Counted from the first letter of the stretch, positions 53,677-63,146 are shown. The stretch is DNA of 64,000 bases from an uncultured Clostridia bacterium (GCA_944387885.1 CALXGR010000005.1:1149-65148); one strand, 5' to 3'. The notes: generated from the sequence alone by a model not told the origin. Program-made: numbers and translations.

Positions 53677-54878
53677 TATAAAAGTTCTTTCCTCTTTGTT
53701 TTTCGGCAGGCGGCAATGCAAAGCACTGCGCTGACCGTCACAAAAATCAGTATTGCCGCCAGTTCGGTCCCCTTTGGCAGCCACAGGCTGACACTCTTTC
53801 GGAAATAAAAAGGCCAGTCCAGCAGCCAGCTTCCAAACAGGGAACCAGCCCCCACAAAAAGCGGCAATGCTTTCAGGAGCATGGCAATGTAGTTGCCGCT
53901 GTACTGGGAGAGGAAGAGGGTCATTCCCGCCGCCCCCAGGGAGAGAGCCAGAATCAGCCCCACGAGTACCACAAGATATTCCCCATAGGTCCAGTCGAAC
54001 CAGAAGTCAAACCCAAAATCAATTCCCGGCAGGCGGCACTGGGCAAAGTGAAGGGCTCCCTTTCTCAAAAAGGGGATTGCATAGGCTGTCAGGTTTACCA
54101 GTGTAAGGATAAGGGCAGAAATCAGCCCCGCCCACATTTGCACCGGTAAAGTGGCTCTGCCCCGCCGGGAACTCCATTGCATGGCTTTGGTCCGGTGCAG
54201 GCTGTCCCGCACCAGAGTGGGAGAGAGAAGAATCACCACAGACAGAACGCTCCATACTCCCAGGTCCATGGTGTAATCCCGTGTGTTCTGTCGGACGGTC
54301 TCAGGCATCAGTCCCCAGGCATTTTCCGGCTGGTTCAGCTGCCGGGTCCGCTCAATCACGGCCTGAGGGGCCCCGTCCTCTATCCGGCTCTCCACCAGCA
54401 GGGCGCCCTGTTCGGCACTTTCATCATAGAGCCTCATAATGTCCGTCAGGTACTCAATCCCATACCAGTTGGAGCCGTTATAGATTCGATGACTTAGCCT
54501 TTCCAGTTCCATATCTGCCTGGCTGTCCTGGGCCAGCGCCTCTTCATAATAGGACTGCATAAAAGCATCAAAACTGTCGTAGTCGGTCAGATTCAGCGCT
54601 GCGGCTTCCGGAATCCGGGCAAGAACCGCCTGAAACTGTTCCTTCTCCTCTTCCAGCCAGCCGTCCAGCTCCGTCCGCTCCTCCGGCTCCAGGGTGGGGC
54701 CGTACCATTCCACCAGTTCCCAGGCTGCCCGGTATCCATCCTCCCCAATACCGTTATAGCCGAAAGTCTGGATATCAAAAAGCGGAAACATCCAGTAATA
54801 CATCAGCCCCAAAACCAGCAGAGCGGCCAGAATGACCGGATTCCAGATTTTCCGCATCTCCCATTTCAGCAGGTTCAT
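53676..54878 (-). CDS. ABC-2-type permease-like membrane protein with a large extracytoplasmic loop after TM1
   Basis: Start moved to the ATG at 54878 (MNLLKWEMRKIW...), which overlaps the upstream stop as ATGA. TM1 is followed by a soluble loop of about 200 aa and then about 5 TM helices. Confidence 0.65.
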   Translation of the reverse strand: MNLLKWEMRKIWNPVILAALLVLGLMYYWMFPLFDIQTFGYNGIGEDGYRAAWELVEWYGPTLEPEERTELDGWLEEEKEQFQAVLARIPEAAALNLTDYDSFDAFMQSYYEEALAQDSQADMELERLSHRIYNGSNWYGIEYLTDIMRLYDESAEQGALLVESRIEDGAPQAVIERTRQLNQPENAWGLMPETVRQNTRDYTMDLGVWSVLSVVILLSPTLVRDSLHRTKAMQWSSRRGRATLPVQMWAGLISALILTLVNLTAYAIPFLRKGALHFAQCRLPGIDFGFDFWFDWTYGEYLVVLVGLILALSLGAAGMTLFLSQYSGNYIAMLLKALPLFVGAGSLFGSWLLDWPFYFRKSVSLWLPKGTELAAILIFVTVSAVLCIAACRKTKRKELL

Positions 54879-56023
54879 GCTGCCACATCCTTTCTTGAAA
54901 AGCGCTTCAAAGCCCCGGCAGTCCCTGCCTCCAGCACCAGAAGGTTGAATATCACCGTCACCGTTTCCTGCCAGGGAAGGACGGCACTGCTTCCCAGTTC
55001 TGTAAACCAGGCGTTGGAGCAGAGCCAGACTGCGGGCAGCTGAAACAGGGCCAGGTCGTAAGCCACCCATAAATGCATTTCGCCCAGCACGGAAGCCGCC
55101 ATCAGCCCTCCTACACAGAACCCGCCCAAGGCCAGGGCCGCCAGGTAGGGGTTAGGGCATAAGGTTCCGCAAAGGGCGGCCAGAAGGGTGAATCCTGCCG
55201 TCAGGAAAATGCCCAGAACCAGCACTGCTCCCAGATACTGCCCCACCGTGAAATCTCCCCAGGTGATAAAGGGCCGGGAGAAAAGCAGGTCGGTGAGATA
55301 ATTGAACTGACTGGAAACGCTGGCCTGCCATATTCCCCGGTAATCCATCCGGAGGAAGTAGACGGCCAGGGCAGGCAGAGCGGCCAAGGCAAACAAAACC
55401 GGAACCGCCAGCAGGGCCGCCCTCACCTTAATCCTGAGAAGTTTTCGCCCGGTATGGGTGGTATAAAGGGTATCGGCGGTCCTGTGAATTCTCTCGTACC
55501 CCATAAGATAGAGAGTCCCCAGCATGGCTGCCACTGCCGCCTGTGCCAGGATGGAGCGGATCATGGTTCCAAACAAGAACTGGTGGACTTCCTGAGTCAC
55601 CGGACCGGCATACAAATCCATGGCCGCATCTTTTTGGGCCAGCTGCTCCACCCTTTTGGACAAAAGGTCGTATTTCCAGCCCGCCCAGGAAGCTGCCAGG
55701 GGGGAGCTTCCCATCACCGACTGATAAAACGTCTTGAGGTCGTCGGTGTCATAGGTTTCAAAGATGTCCTCCATTCCTTCCGCCGTTGCCCATATCAGTT
55801 CTTTGTTGGGGTCAGCGGGCAGATTTTCCAGCCGTTCCATAAAATCAGCATCCACCCGCTGTCCCAACTGGGCGGTGCAGGCGGAGATTCCATTGAAAAT
55901 ACTCCGCTGATTTTCAGACTGGCCAAAGATAAATCCCAGGTTGAGAAGAAATCCGAGAGCCAGGAATCCCCACAAGGCGGGCAGGGAGAACAGCTTTTTC
56001 CACTCCCAGAAAATCAGCCTCAT
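54875..56023 (-). CDS. ABC-2-type permease-like membrane protein
   Basis: 382 aa. The architecture is the same: TM1, then a loop of about 140 aa, then about 5 TM helices. The start is 2 nt after the ATPase stop. Confidence 0.65.
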   Translation of the reverse strand: MRLIFWEWKKLFSLPALWGFLALGFLLNLGFIFGQSENQRSIFNGISACTAQLGQRVDADFMERLENLPADPNKELIWATAEGMEDIFETYDTDDLKTFYQSVMGSSPLAASWAGWKYDLLSKRVEQLAQKDAAMDLYAGPVTQEVHQFLFGTMIRSILAQAAVAAMLGTLYLMGYERIHRTADTLYTTHTGRKLLRIKVRAALLAVPVLFALAALPALAVYFLRMDYRGIWQASVSSQFNYLTDLLFSRPFITWGDFTVGQYLGAVLVLGIFLTAGFTLLAALCGTLCPNPYLAALALGGFCVGGLMAASVLGEMHLWVAYDLALFQLPAVWLCSNAWFTELGSSAVLPWQETVTVIFNLLVLEAGTAGALKRFSRKDVAA

Positions 56024-56025
56024 GG

Positions 56026-56871
56026 TTACTCCTCCCCATAGATAGCCAGGAAGGCGTCTTCCAGCCCCGGCTGGACCGCCACTGCCCCGGCAGGAGGATT
56101 CTCTGTCAGAATACGGAGCACCGCTCCCTCTTCTCCCTGGGCCTCGCTGAGTATCCTCTGCCCTGCCGTCAGAGGGGTGTCTGCCGGGACCTGGAACACC
56201 CGCCCATTGAACCGGGCGCAGATACTGCCGGGGGTATCACAGCAGAAAAGCCGATGGTTCCGGAACATGATCACCTGGTCGGCAATGGTCTGCACATCCG
56301 ACACAATGTGGGTGGAAAGAAGAACAATTCGGTCCTGAGCCAGGGAGTGAAGCAGATTCCGGAACCGAACCCGCTCCCTGGGGTCCAGACCAGCGGTAGG
56401 CTCGTCCAGCACCAAAAGTTTGGGGTCGTTGAGGATGGCGCAGGCAATCCCCACCCGCTGAATCATTCCACCCGAAAACTTTTTCAGTTTCCAGTCCTGT
56501 TTATCCTCCAGCCCCACCAGGGTCAGAAGCTGGCGGATTCTCTTTTCCCCTTCCCTTTCGGGGATTCCCTGAAGTGCGGCGGCGTACCTCAGAAACTGCC
56601 GGGGCGTGTAGCCGGGATAGTACCCAAACTGCTGGGGCAGATAGCCCAGGATTCCCCGGTAATCTGCCCCCAGGGAGAAGATATCCTCCCCATTCCAGAG
56701 GATTTGGCCTTTCGTGGGGAAAAGCAGGGTGGCGATCATCTTCATCAGGGTGGTTTTTCCGGCCCCGTTGGGTCCCAGCAAGCCGTACACTCCCGGGGTA
56801 AGGGTGAGGGTAATATCTTCCAGGGCAGTAAAATCCCCGTATCGTTTGGTCACATGTTCAACCGAAAGCAT
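56026..56871 (-). CDS. ABC transporter ATP-binding protein
   Basis: 281 aa. Walker A GPNGAGKTT, signature FSGGMIQRV, Walker B LVLDEP. Confidence 0.92.
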   Translation of the reverse strand: MLSVEHVTKRYGDFTALEDITLTLTPGVYGLLGPNGAGKTTLMKMIATLLFPTKGQILWNGEDIFSLGADYRGILGYLPQQFGYYPGYTPRQFLRYAAALQGIPEREGEKRIRQLLTLVGLEDKQDWKLKKFSGGMIQRVGIACAILNDPKLLVLDEPTAGLDPRERVRFRNLLHSLAQDRIVLLSTHIVSDVQTIADQVIMFRNHRLFCCDTPGSICARFNGRVFQVPADTPLTAGQRILSEAQGEEGAVLRILTENPPAGAVAVQPGLEDAFLAIYGEE

Positions 56872-57616
56872 GATGTTTTCCTCCTATTCTGCGCCGGCAG
56901 TACCGGCCCAGTTCCATCAGATACAATCCTGCCGCCCCTGCTGTAATCAGGCAGAAAACCGCCGCCGGAATGTGATAAATTACCTGGGCAGCTTTTTCCC
57001 ACACCAGGGGCAAACCAGCCAGAAGGGCCCAAGCTGCCGGGGCTGCAGCCAGCCCTGCCGTTCCCTCCAGCCGCAGGCAGTAGAGGGAGAGCACCCCATA
57101 AAGGCAGACCCCCGAGACCGAAATGGCAATGGTCCAGAGGAGGGATTGTTCCCGCCCGGTCAGTTCCCAAAGAAGAACACTGCCGGGGACTGACACGGTC
57201 ACCGCTGCCCCTCCGAATACCAGCATCCGCAGGGCGGTGACAGCCCTGTGAGAAACCCGGCAGGTCCGCAGCCATTCCAGTGTTCCGGACTGGAACTCCT
57301 TCCAGCTGGTGAAAAAGCTGAGCGCCCCGTACAAAGCCGGGGAGAAAAGAAAGGCCGCCGGGCCGATCCCGGTTTGCCGGGAAGCCCCCCATACGGGAAC
57401 AAGGCAAAGCAAGGCGACCAGCACCGAAAGGAAAATGCAGTCTGCCGCCCCAAAGAAAAGCCCCTGCCATCCTATCGTCCGGAGGGTCTCTTCCAGTGTC
57501 TGCCAAAGGGTCTCCTCCGTGGGGATTCCCTGGTCCAGAATCAGGGCTATCTGCCGGTCTTTTTCTTCTTGGGAGGGAATGGGGATCTGGTTCCAATCAT
57601 CAAACATGAGGGTCAA
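56858..57616 (-). CDS. polytopic membrane protein encoded immediately after the ECF sigma gene; candidate non-canonical anti-sigma factor
   Basis: 252 aa. A cytoplasmic N-terminus of about 50 aa is followed by about 6 TM helices. I saw no zinc-finger (HxxxCxxC) anti-sigma motif. It overlaps both the sigma gene stop (ATGA) and the ATPase start. Confidence 0.6.
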   Translation of the reverse strand: MTLMFDDWNQIPIPSQEEKDRQIALILDQGIPTEETLWQTLEETLRTIGWQGLFFGAADCIFLSVLVALLCLVPVWGASRQTGIGPAAFLFSPALYGALSFFTSWKEFQSGTLEWLRTCRVSHRAVTALRMLVFGGAAVTVSVPGSVLLWELTGREQSLLWTIAISVSGVCLYGVLSLYCLRLEGTAGLAAAPAAWALLAGLPLVWEKAAQVIYHIPAAVFCLITAGAAGLYLMELGRYCRRRIGGKHHAFG

Positions 57617-58131
57617 AACTCCTTTCTCAGCTTACTCAGCAGCCGATAGTACCGGGTTTTCACGGTGGCCTCCGGTTCTCCCAGGGCCGCTGCAATTTCC
57701 TGGAAGGACCGTTCTCCATACAGCCGCAGCCGGAACACCGCCTGGAGCTGCGGATCCAGGCCCGAGACATAGTCCTCGATCTGGGCAAGCTGGCTTCTGT
57801 CTTGTATCTGCAAGGAAAAATCTTCCCGGTCCGGTATCTCCACTTCCTCCAGGGGAAGAAATTCCAGCCGCTTTTTCCGCCTCGCATCAATAACTTTGTT
57901 GGTTGCGATCCGGTACAGCCAGGTGCGGAAGGCAGCCTTTTCCGGCTGATATCCGGGCAAGGCACGGAGCATGGCCAGGAAAACAGACTGGGTCAGGTCC
58001 ATGGCATCCTCTTTCTGTCCCGTCTGCCGGTAGACAAAGCGGTATATTTCATCATAGTAGGCCCTGATGAGGCTGTCCGCCGCCTTGCGGGAACCCTTGC
58101 GCTGTATTTCCCGTATCCATTGCTGCTCCAC
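57613..58131 (-). CDS. ECF-type RNA polymerase sigma-70 family factor
   Basis: 172 aa with a GTG start at 58131. Region 2 reads YYDEIYRFVYRQTGQKEDAMDLTQSVFLAML...FRTWLYRIATNKVIDARRK. Region 4 reads FRLRLYGERSFQEIAAALGEPEATVKTRYYRLLSKL. Confidence 0.9.
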   Translation of the reverse strand: MEQQWIREIQRKGSRKAADSLIRAYYDEIYRFVYRQTGQKEDAMDLTQSVFLAMLRALPGYQPEKAAFRTWLYRIATNKVIDARRKKRLEFLPLEEVEIPDREDFSLQIQDRSQLAQIEDYVSGLDPQLQAVFRLRLYGERSFQEIAAALGEPEATVKTRYYRLLSKLRKEF

Positions 58132-58368
58132 CGTCTCACCTCTCTCAACTATATATTCGTATCATACCACACCGGAGTTTCAGGAAATTGCAAAAATCAT
58201 CACTCACCCCAAGTAAATCACGGAAATTCGATACTTTTCTTTTCATTTTTTCAGTCAATTTAAATGAAAACAGGTCTTAATATTCATTCATCTATGCCAT
58301 TTACTGATTTTTCTCCCGGGTGTACCATGAGGATGGAATAAACTTTTTAACGGCAGGAGGGTATATAT

Positions 58369-59394
58369 ATGAACCGTCAGGTAAAATCTCTGTTACCGGT
58401 AATTCCGTTGCTGGCATTCCTTTTGGCCGGCTGCGTTTCCTCCGGGGATTTTTCCTCCCCTGCACAGCCCCAGACCCCTTCCCCCTCTTCCACAGAGGAG
58501 ACCGCCGCCTTTGAACCTGTAACCCTGGAAGAATGGATAGAAACCTTTCCCGTGGAGTGCCCGGGGTATCTCTTTTCTCCGGTCGAATCCCTTTTGGACG
58601 GAGATATTGCCTGGTCGGAGGAAGGGGTGACTCTGAAGTTGGGAAGCTGGAAAGGCTCCCTCCAGGAGCTGGCCGACACTTTAGGTATGCCCCTGGAAGA
58701 ACTGGAAGCCCTCAACCCGGAGCCCCGCACTTCCTCTTCCGGCGACACCTACTACCAGCTTGTGATTCAGGAAGATTCCTACCTTCTCCCCAAAATTCCC
58801 ATGCAGAAGGTGTCCCTGGATTTTCCGGATCTTGACGCCCGATTTAAGGATGTCTATTCTTACCCTGTTCCCCAGGCCCTGGATGAACAGGGGGCGGCAG
58901 CGCTTGCCACCGCATACCACTTTTTGCTGGAACACCATGGTCCCCACTGGGGAATCGATCCTTCCATTTATAATGAGGAGGGCGGCTACTCCACCTCCAC
59001 TGAAGGTGCCCTTTGCACCACCTATACCCAGTTGGAAGAGTATCTTGCCTGTATCTTCACCCCGGAATACTACCAAACCATGCTGGGCGGTCCCCTGCCG
59101 GAAGGGGATCTGAAACACGGTCTCTTTTATCAGGGAGAGGACGACACCATCAATTTCATTATGGGGGACGCCGGCAGCTACATTACCCACTGCGGCACCC
59201 TCTTCACCCAGCCTGAGACCCAGCCGGACGGGAGCATCTTGTTCTGGCAGCTTTCCCTCTACCTGGACGAGGCGGAATTCTCGGGCTATGGCCAGGGAAT
59301 CATCTATACTCCGGTGGAAGCCACTGCCTCCCCCGTTCGAATGGTTCCCACCCAGTCCGGCTGGCGGGTTGCGGAGCTTTCTCCCTCCTACTAA
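58369..59394 (+). CDS. lipoprotein of unknown function
   Basis: 341 aa. Lipobox LLAGC-VSS and RBS GGAGGG. No family recognised. Confidence 0.7.
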   Translation: MNRQVKSLLPVIPLLAFLLAGCVSSGDFSSPAQPQTPSPSSTEETAAFEPVTLEEWIETFPVECPGYLFSPVESLLDGDIAWSEEGVTLKLGSWKGSLQELADTLGMPLEELEALNPEPRTSSSGDTYYQLVIQEDSYLLPKIPMQKVSLDFPDLDARFKDVYSYPVPQALDEQGAAALATAYHFLLEHHGPHWGIDPSIYNEEGGYSTSTEGALCTTYTQLEEYLACIFTPEYYQTMLGGPLPEGDLKHGLFYQGEDDTINFIMGDAGSYITHCGTLFTQPETQPDGSILFWQLSLYLDEAEFSGYGQGIIYTPVEATASPVRMVPTQSGWRVAELSPSY

Positions 59395-59482
59395 AGGTTT
59401 CTCTCCTTTCTTGGGTTCCTCGGATACACTGCGGTTACGAAAAAGCGGTATTATTATCCTTATCCGAAGGGAGGATACCACT

Positions 59483-60280
59483 ATGAAACAGAAATGTATC
59501 AAGGCTGTTCTGGCTGTTTTCCTGTGCAGTTGTCTCTTGGCTGGCTGCTCCAGCCAGACCCATACGGAGGCAGAGCCCACTGCTTCTCCTGCGGCTGAAG
59601 CGGCGGTCCAGTCCACGGCGGCTCCCGTCCCCGAAGTCGCACCGGAAGAGTTGGATTTAGAGGACCAGATCGTATTAAGCCCTCCTATGTCCCAGCAAGA
59701 CCTTGAAGTCCCGGTCCCTGACTTTTTACCGGAGGAATTGCAGCAGCTTTACCTTCGTGCTTACAAAATGTACTGGATTCGTGTGGGAACCTACGCCATT
59801 GACAGCCCGGACCTGTTTCCCACAGATACCCCCGACACCACCAAAACCTATCAGGATGAGGTAGAAATAGAAGAGGAAATCTATCATCCGGCAGTAAACT
59901 ATTTTCAAAACTGGAATCTTTTTTACGGAACTTTGCAGGACATCTTCACCCAGGAGCTTCTGGAAAATGAATACCTTACCTCCAACGGAATGGTTTACTT
60001 CCGTCCCGTGGAAGGTCGGCTTTACTATATGGCCACCGAAAGAGGGATGGACCCTCTCTATAATGAAGATACCACCGTTATGGAATTCTCTCTGTTGAGC
60101 CAGACGGATACGGAAATCAAAGTTCAGGTCACTGCCCGCTATGCTGTGGACGAACGGGCTTCTCCCGCCATGCAGGAGGCTTTTGCTCAAGGGCTGGTCT
60201 CAGATACCCGCACCTATGAGATTGCCCTGGAGCAGGGAGAGAACGGCTGGCGTTTTTCTGCATTTGATGTTCCCTTCTGA
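59483..60280 (+). CDS. lipoprotein of unknown function, distant paralogue of the preceding gene
   Basis: Start moved to the ATG at 59483 (GAAGGGAGGA upstream). Lipobox LLAGC-SSQ. It shares IFT(P/Q)E... and a C-terminal GWR(V/F) motif with the upstream lipoprotein. Confidence 0.7.
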   Translation: MKQKCIKAVLAVFLCSCLLAGCSSQTHTEAEPTASPAAEAAVQSTAAPVPEVAPEELDLEDQIVLSPPMSQQDLEVPVPDFLPEELQQLYLRAYKMYWIRVGTYAIDSPDLFPTDTPDTTKTYQDEVEIEEEIYHPAVNYFQNWNLFYGTLQDIFTQELLENEYLTSNGMVYFRPVEGRLYYMATERGMDPLYNEDTTVMEFSLLSQTDTEIKVQVTARYAVDERASPAMQEAFAQGLVSDTRTYEIALEQGENGWRFSAFDVPF

Positions 60281-60288
60281 CAGAATTT

Positions 60289-60329
60289 AAGAGGACCGGC
60301 TTTTACCATGAAAGCCGGTCCTCTTTTTC
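60289..60329 (+). terminator. intrinsic terminator after the lipoprotein pair
   Basis: GAGGACCGGCTTT/AAAGCCGGTCCTC stem followed by TTTTT. Confidence 0.85.
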
Positions 60330-60422
60330 AATATTTCAACAGATGGACGAAGAAACGGCAGGTATGGTATAATATCTTCCAGCGATGTATTTGCCACAAG
60401 CAGCAGATACCAGTACAAAGGA

Positions 60423-60827
60423 ATGGCGGCGGTTTTCATGACAGAAGTAGTGGCGGCCCTGATTTGGAACCAGGATAGATTTATGATTTGCCAGCGCCCG
60501 GCAAACAAGGCCCGGGGGCTTCTCTGGGAGTTTGTAGGCGGCAAGGTGGAGCCGGGCGAGACCATGGAGCAAGCCCTTGTCCGGGAATGTCAGGAGGAAC
60601 TGGCAGTCACTGTTGGGGTAAAGGATGTGTTCATGGATGTGGTCCATGAATATTCCGACCTGACGGTGCATCTGACCCTGTTCAACGCCTTTATCCGGGA
60701 GGGAACGCCCCAAAAGCTGGAACATGTGGACATCCGCTGGATCAAGATAGAGGAAATAGACCAGTACTCCTTCTGCCCTGCGGATGAGGAAATCCTCAAA
60801 AAGCTGAAACAGACCGGCAACTCATAA
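60423..60827 (+). CDS. NUDIX hydrolase (MutT/NudG-like)
   Basis: 134 aa. The Nudix box is GGKVEPGETMEQALVRECQEELAV. Confidence 0.88.
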   Translation: MAAVFMTEVVAALIWNQDRFMICQRPANKARGLLWEFVGGKVEPGETMEQALVRECQEELAVTVGVKDVFMDVVHEYSDLTVHLTLFNAFIREGTPQKLEHVDIRWIKIEEIDQYSFCPADEEILKKLKQTGNS

Positions 60828-60845
60828 AAACCGGGAGGTGTCTTT

Positions 60846-61838
60846 ATGCCCCTTCAAATCGTTCGGAACGATATCACCACCATGAAGGTGGATGCCATTG
60901 TCAATGCGGCCAATGAAAGCCTGCTGGGAGGCGGCGGAGTGGATGGAGCCATCCACCGGGCTGCCGGTCCCCAGCTTCTGGAAGAATGCCGCACCCTTAG
61001 GGGATGCAAAACCGGTCAGGCCAAAATCACCAAGGGTTACCGCCTGCCTGCCAGGTATGTGATTCACACGGTAGGCCCGGTCTGGCGGGGAGGAAGCCAC
61101 GAGGAGAAGTCCCTGCTGGTGTCGGCCTACCGCTCCTCCCTGGAACTGGCCGCAGCTCACCACTGTGAGTCCCTGGCTTTTCCCCTGATCTCCTCCGGGG
61201 TGTACGGCTATCCCAAGGACCAGGCCCTCCAGGTGGCGGTGGATACCATCCGGGACTTTCTGCAAAGCCACGACCTTATGGTCTACCTGGTGATTTTTGA
61301 CCGGGCCTCCTACACCATAGGCGGAAAGCTGTTCCAGGAGATTGCCGCTTACATTGATGACCGGTATGTGGAAGCCCATACCTCCCCCTACGAGTCGGAG
61401 CGCCGCCGGATGACAGCTGCCTCCGCTCCCATGAGCGCTCCTGCTCCTGCCATGTTCAGCAGCCTACTGGGGGAACTGGACCAGGCCCTGGGTCAGCTGG
61501 ACGAAAGTTTCTCCCAGATGCTGCTGCGGAAAATTGATGAAAGCGGCATGACTGATGCCCAGTGCTATAAAAAAGCCAACATCGACCGGAAGCTCTTTTC
61601 CAAGATTCGTTCCGATGTCCATTACAAGCCTTCCAAGGCCACTGCCATGGCCTTTGCGGTGGCGCTGGAACTGCCTTTGGACCAGGCCCGGGAGCTGTTG
61701 AAAAAAGCCGGTTACGCCTTCTCCCCTGCCAGCAAGTTTGATATTATCGTGGAATATTTCATCACCCACAAAAATTACGATATCTTCCAGATCAACCAGG
61801 CCCTCTTTGCTTTTGACCAAAGTCTGCTGGGGGGCTGA
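60846..61838 (+). CDS. Macro-domain protein (O-acetyl-ADP-ribose deacetylase / ADP-ribosylhydrolase-like) fused to a C-terminal helix-turn-helix-like domain
   Basis: 330 aa. The Macro core is [26 protein letters not shown]...[18 protein letters not shown]...[15 protein letters not shown]. After an Ala/Pro-rich linker, the C-terminus ([35 protein letters not shown]...) looks like an XRE-type HTH. Confidence 0.85.
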   Translation: MPLQIVRNDITTMKVDAIVNAANESLLGGGGVDGAIHRAAGPQLLEECRTLRGCKTGQAKITKGYRLPARYVIHTVGPVWRGGSHEEKSLLVSAYRSSLELAAAHHCESLAFPLISSGVYGYPKDQALQVAVDTIRDFLQSHDLMVYLVIFDRASYTIGGKLFQEIAAYIDDRYVEAHTSPYESERRRMTAASAPMSAPAPAMFSSLLGELDQALGQLDESFSQMLLRKIDESGMTDAQCYKKANIDRKLFSKIRSDVHYKPSKATAMAFAVALELPLDQARELLKKAGYAFSPASKFDIIVEYFITHKNYDIFQINQALFAFDQSLLGG

Positions 61839-61891
61839 GTGCTGAAATCATTTGTCGCTTCCCAGGCGACCACAAGGCGAAAAAATCCCTC

Positions 61892-61923
61892 TATACTGTG
61901 ATTGTAAACCAAACCACACAGTA
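61892..61923 (+). promoter_or_regulatory. candidate promoter (-10 TATACT) overlapped by the 7-bp inverted repeat TACTGTG-N16-CACAGTA, upstream of the vWA gene
   Basis: TATACT at 61892-61897. Inverted-repeat arms are at 61894-61900 and 61917-61923. Confidence 0.35.
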
Positions 61924-61938
61924 CAGGGGGATTTTATT

Positions 61939-62589
61939 ATGAAAAAGAATTTGACAGAACTGGTTTTCATTCTGGACCGGAGCGGCTCCATGCAGGGGCT
62001 GGAGGCCGACACCATCGGCGGTTTTAACGCCATGCTGGAAAAGCAGAAGAAAGAACCGGGGCGAGCCTATGTTTCCACCCTTCTCTTTGACGACCAGACC
62101 CAGGTGATTCATGACCGGGTGCCTCTGGACCGGGTGAAGCCCATGACCGAGAAGGATTACTATGTGCGGGGATGCACTGCCCTGCTGGATGCGGTAGGGG
62201 GAGCCATCCACCACATCGGGAACATCCACAAATACGCCCGGCCTGAAGATGTGCCGGAACACACCCTGGTGGTAATCACCACCGACGGGATGGAAAACGC
62301 CAGCCGCCGGTATTCCCTGCCCCAGGTGAAGAGGATGATCCAGCGGCAGAAGGAGCGGTATGGGTGGGAGTTCATCTTCCTGGGGGCCAATATTGATGCG
62401 GTGGAAGCCGCAGGCCAGCTGGGAATCGACCCGGACCGGGCGGCCAACTATCACAGCGACAGCGCCGGAACCCGGCTTACCTTCCAGTCCATTTCCTGTG
62501 CCGTCAGTGCCATGCGCTCCAGCGCACCCTTGGGCAGTCAGTGGAAAAGCGATATTGACCGGGATTTCCGCAGCAGGAAGAAGAAATAA
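61939..62589 (+). CDS. stand-alone von Willebrand factor type A (vWA) domain protein
   Basis: Start moved to the ATG at 61939. MIDAS motif LVFILDRSGSM, then GCTALLDA and VITTDGMEN. Confidence 0.85.
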   Translation: MKKNLTELVFILDRSGSMQGLEADTIGGFNAMLEKQKKEPGRAYVSTLLFDDQTQVIHDRVPLDRVKPMTEKDYYVRGCTALLDAVGGAIHHIGNIHKYARPEDVPEHTLVVITTDGMENASRRYSLPQVKRMIQRQKERYGWEFIFLGANIDAVEAAGQLGIDPDRAANYHSDSAGTRLTFQSISCAVSAMRSSAPLGSQWKSDIDRDFRSRKKK

Positions 62590-62598
62590 TTTCACCTA

Positions 62599-62631
62599 CA
62601 AGGGCAGGAAAAACCTGCCCTTGCTTTTTTA
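62599..62631 (+). terminator. intrinsic terminator after the vWA gene
   Basis: AAGGGCAGG-aaaaa-CCTGCCCTT is followed by GCTTTTTT. Confidence 0.8.
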
Positions 62632-62681
62632 TAGAGCCCATAATACAATGAATGAAAAGAAGTAAAAAGGAGGTGTATGTC

Positions 62682-63146
62682 ATGAAAAATTCCTGGTGGA
62701 AGGTTCCCCTCTACTGCATGGCTGCAGGCTGGATCTGCTTCCAGCTGGAAATCCGATGGCTGGGACAATGGGCCATTGTCACCCTGCCCGACGGCACCAT
62801 TACCTCCGATACTACCCGGTGGATGATTCTATCGGCAGGGCTTTTCCTGGCAGTAGTCCTCATAGGCGGGCTTCTCTTTTTCCGGAAAATGACCCGGAAA
62901 GAGATTCTTTTCTCCGCCTCTGTCCTGGCCATCCTGAATGTTGTGTTGGGGCTCTTGGCTAATCTGATTCAGCATAGTCTCCCCTACCTGACGATACTCT
63001 GGGCGGAGATGAACGAATGGAGCAGTGTCTTCACCCAGATTCTCCTCCAGCTGGGAGTAAATTCCTGGGTCAGCGCTTTCCTGGTATGGATTCTGCCCCC
63101 TTACATTTTCCTTCTCTTCGGGAAGAAAGAAATCAATAACCAATAA
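62682..63146 (+). CDS. small membrane protein of unknown function (about 4 TM helices)
   Basis: I prefer the ATG at 62682 (AAAGGAGG 8 nt upstream). The sequence is hydrophobic throughout and no family was recognised. Confidence 0.6.
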   Translation: MKNSWWKVPLYCMAAGWICFQLEIRWLGQWAIVTLPDGTITSDTTRWMILSAGLFLAVVLIGGLLFFRKMTRKEILFSASVLAILNVVLGLLANLIQHSLPYLTILWAEMNEWSSVFTQILLQLGVNSWVSAFLVWILPPYIFLLFGKKEINNQ

